Shown here one piece after another: positions 63,401 to 64,000 of a stretch of 64,000 nucleotides of DNA. The position numbers were made by a program, and so were the translations under genes. The notes below the pieces were generated by a model, which was not told the DNA's origin, did not search any database, and saw only the letters and a list, made by a program, of their open reading frames with translations. The stretch is from Eledone cirrhosa. Its lineage: Eukaryota. Location of the stretch: NCBI GenBank assembly GCA_964016885.1, contig OZ024741.1:3038001-3102000 (forward strand), given 5' to 3'. How positions within the stretch are numbered: the first letter of the stretch is position 1; every line of letters starts with the position of its first letter.

Positions 63401-64000
63401 CCAGTACTCCACAAACTTTCTTCTCTGAAGACCTTCTACTGTCCAGCTCTCCTCACATTTTCTTCACTGAAGACCTTCTACTGTCCAGCTCCTCACAGTT
63501 TCTTCTCTGAAGACCTTCTACTGTCCAGTTCCTCTCACAGTTTCTTCTCTGAAGACCTTCTTCTGTCCTGCTCTCCTCACAGTTTCTTCTCTGAAGAACT
63601 TCTACTGTCCAGTTCCTCTCACAGTTTCATCTCTGAAGACCTTCTGTTGTCCAGCTCTCCTCACAGTTTCTTCTCTGAACACCTTCTACTGTCCAGTTCC
63701 TCTCACAGTTTCTTCTCTGAAGACCTTCTACTGTCCAGCTCTCCTCACAGTTTCGTCTCTGAAGACCTTCTACTGTCCAGTTCCTCTCACAGTTTCTTCA
63801 ATGAAGACATTCTACTGTCCAGCTGTCCTCACAGTTTCTTCTCTGAAGACCTTCTTCTGTCCAGCTCTCCTCACAGTTTCTTCTCAGAAGACCTTCTACT
63901 GTCCAGCTCGCCTCGCAGTTTCTTCTCTGTAGAGCTGCTACTGTTCAGCTCCCCTCACGGTTTATTCTCTGAAGATCTTCTACTGTCCAGCTCGCCTGGC

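Larger units (their letters stand above)
1..64000. repeat. 42-bp tandem satellite array, ~1,520 monomers, single orientation, truncated by both window edges
   Basis: Consensus TCTGAAGACCTTCTACTGTCCAGCTCTCCTCACAGTTTCTTC recurs every 42 bp from first to last line, typically with 0-4 substitutions per copy. Occasional 39/40/41/43-bp copies occur. The 14-aa periodicity of every ORF confirms the period. Confidence 0.99.

Noticed and set aside
39-63510. All ORFs in the six-frame track (up to 1779 aa) as protein-coding genes
   Set aside because: They are overlapping translations of one 42-bp unit in three frames and switch frame at 1-2 bp indels. They have no unique N- or C-terminal domains, and most listed starts are TTG/GTG/CTG-type variants inside monomers.
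1-64000. CRISPR array or repeat-spacer system
   Set aside because: There are no unique spacers. The variable positions are point variants of a single consensus, and no cas or other genes are present.
1-64000. Minus-strand frame EETVRRAGQ*KVFR read with TAG=Gln (TAG alternates with CAG), i.e. a non-standard genetic code
   Set aside because: TAG/CAG is a single transition, frameshifts still interrupt the frame, and nothing else supports an alternative-code gene.
1-64000. Assignment to HSat1A, chicken CNM/PO41, alpha satellite or telomeric repeat; CENP-B box
   Set aside because: Only the unit length resembles the 41-42 bp families, and the composition does not fit what I know of them. I saw no 171-bp unit, TTAGGG tract or TTCG....A..CGGG box.
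1-64000. Synthetic construct or data-storage DNA (BbsI GAAGAC site in most monomers)
   Set aside because: Nested duplications, sporadic private SNVs, small indels and positional divergence gradients are typical of natural satellite evolution. The restriction site is incidental to the consensus.
1-64000. Embedded transposon, inversion or unique island
   Set aside because: None was seen on reading; every line conforms to the + orientation monomer. A very short insertion could have been missed by eye.

Overview
The whole 64 kb window is one uninterrupted, head-to-tail, single-orientation tandem array (satellite DNA) of a 42-bp monomer. The consensus on + is TCTGAAGACCTTCTACTGTCCAGCTCTCCTCACAGTTTCTTC (15 T, 15 C, 7 A, 5 G; 48% GC; 71% pyrimidine; no CpG), about 1,520 copies, and the array runs off both ends. 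I saw no unique sequence, gene, RNA gene, transposon or inversion. All supplied ORFs are explained by the 42-bp (14-codon) unit being stop-free in three frames (SEDLLLSSSPHSFF, LKTFYCPALLTVSS, and RRNCEESWTVEGLQ on -), and they are broken by recurrent stops and frameshifts. The real structure lies above the monomer: a limited vocabulary of variant monomers is re-used in ordered cassettes and nested duplications with periods of about 1.1, 1.2, 1.5, 2.2, 5.7-5.9, 6.1, 7.0 and 7.7 kb, and variant content differs by domain. Most monomer junctions carry the dyad TCTTC-TCT-GAAGA, which contains TTC(N3)GAA. The array looks like eukaryotic heterochromatic satellite, but I cannot assign the organism or a named family. 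I found no evidence for a new protein-coding or CRISPR-like system. Duplication boundaries were read by eye and are approximate.
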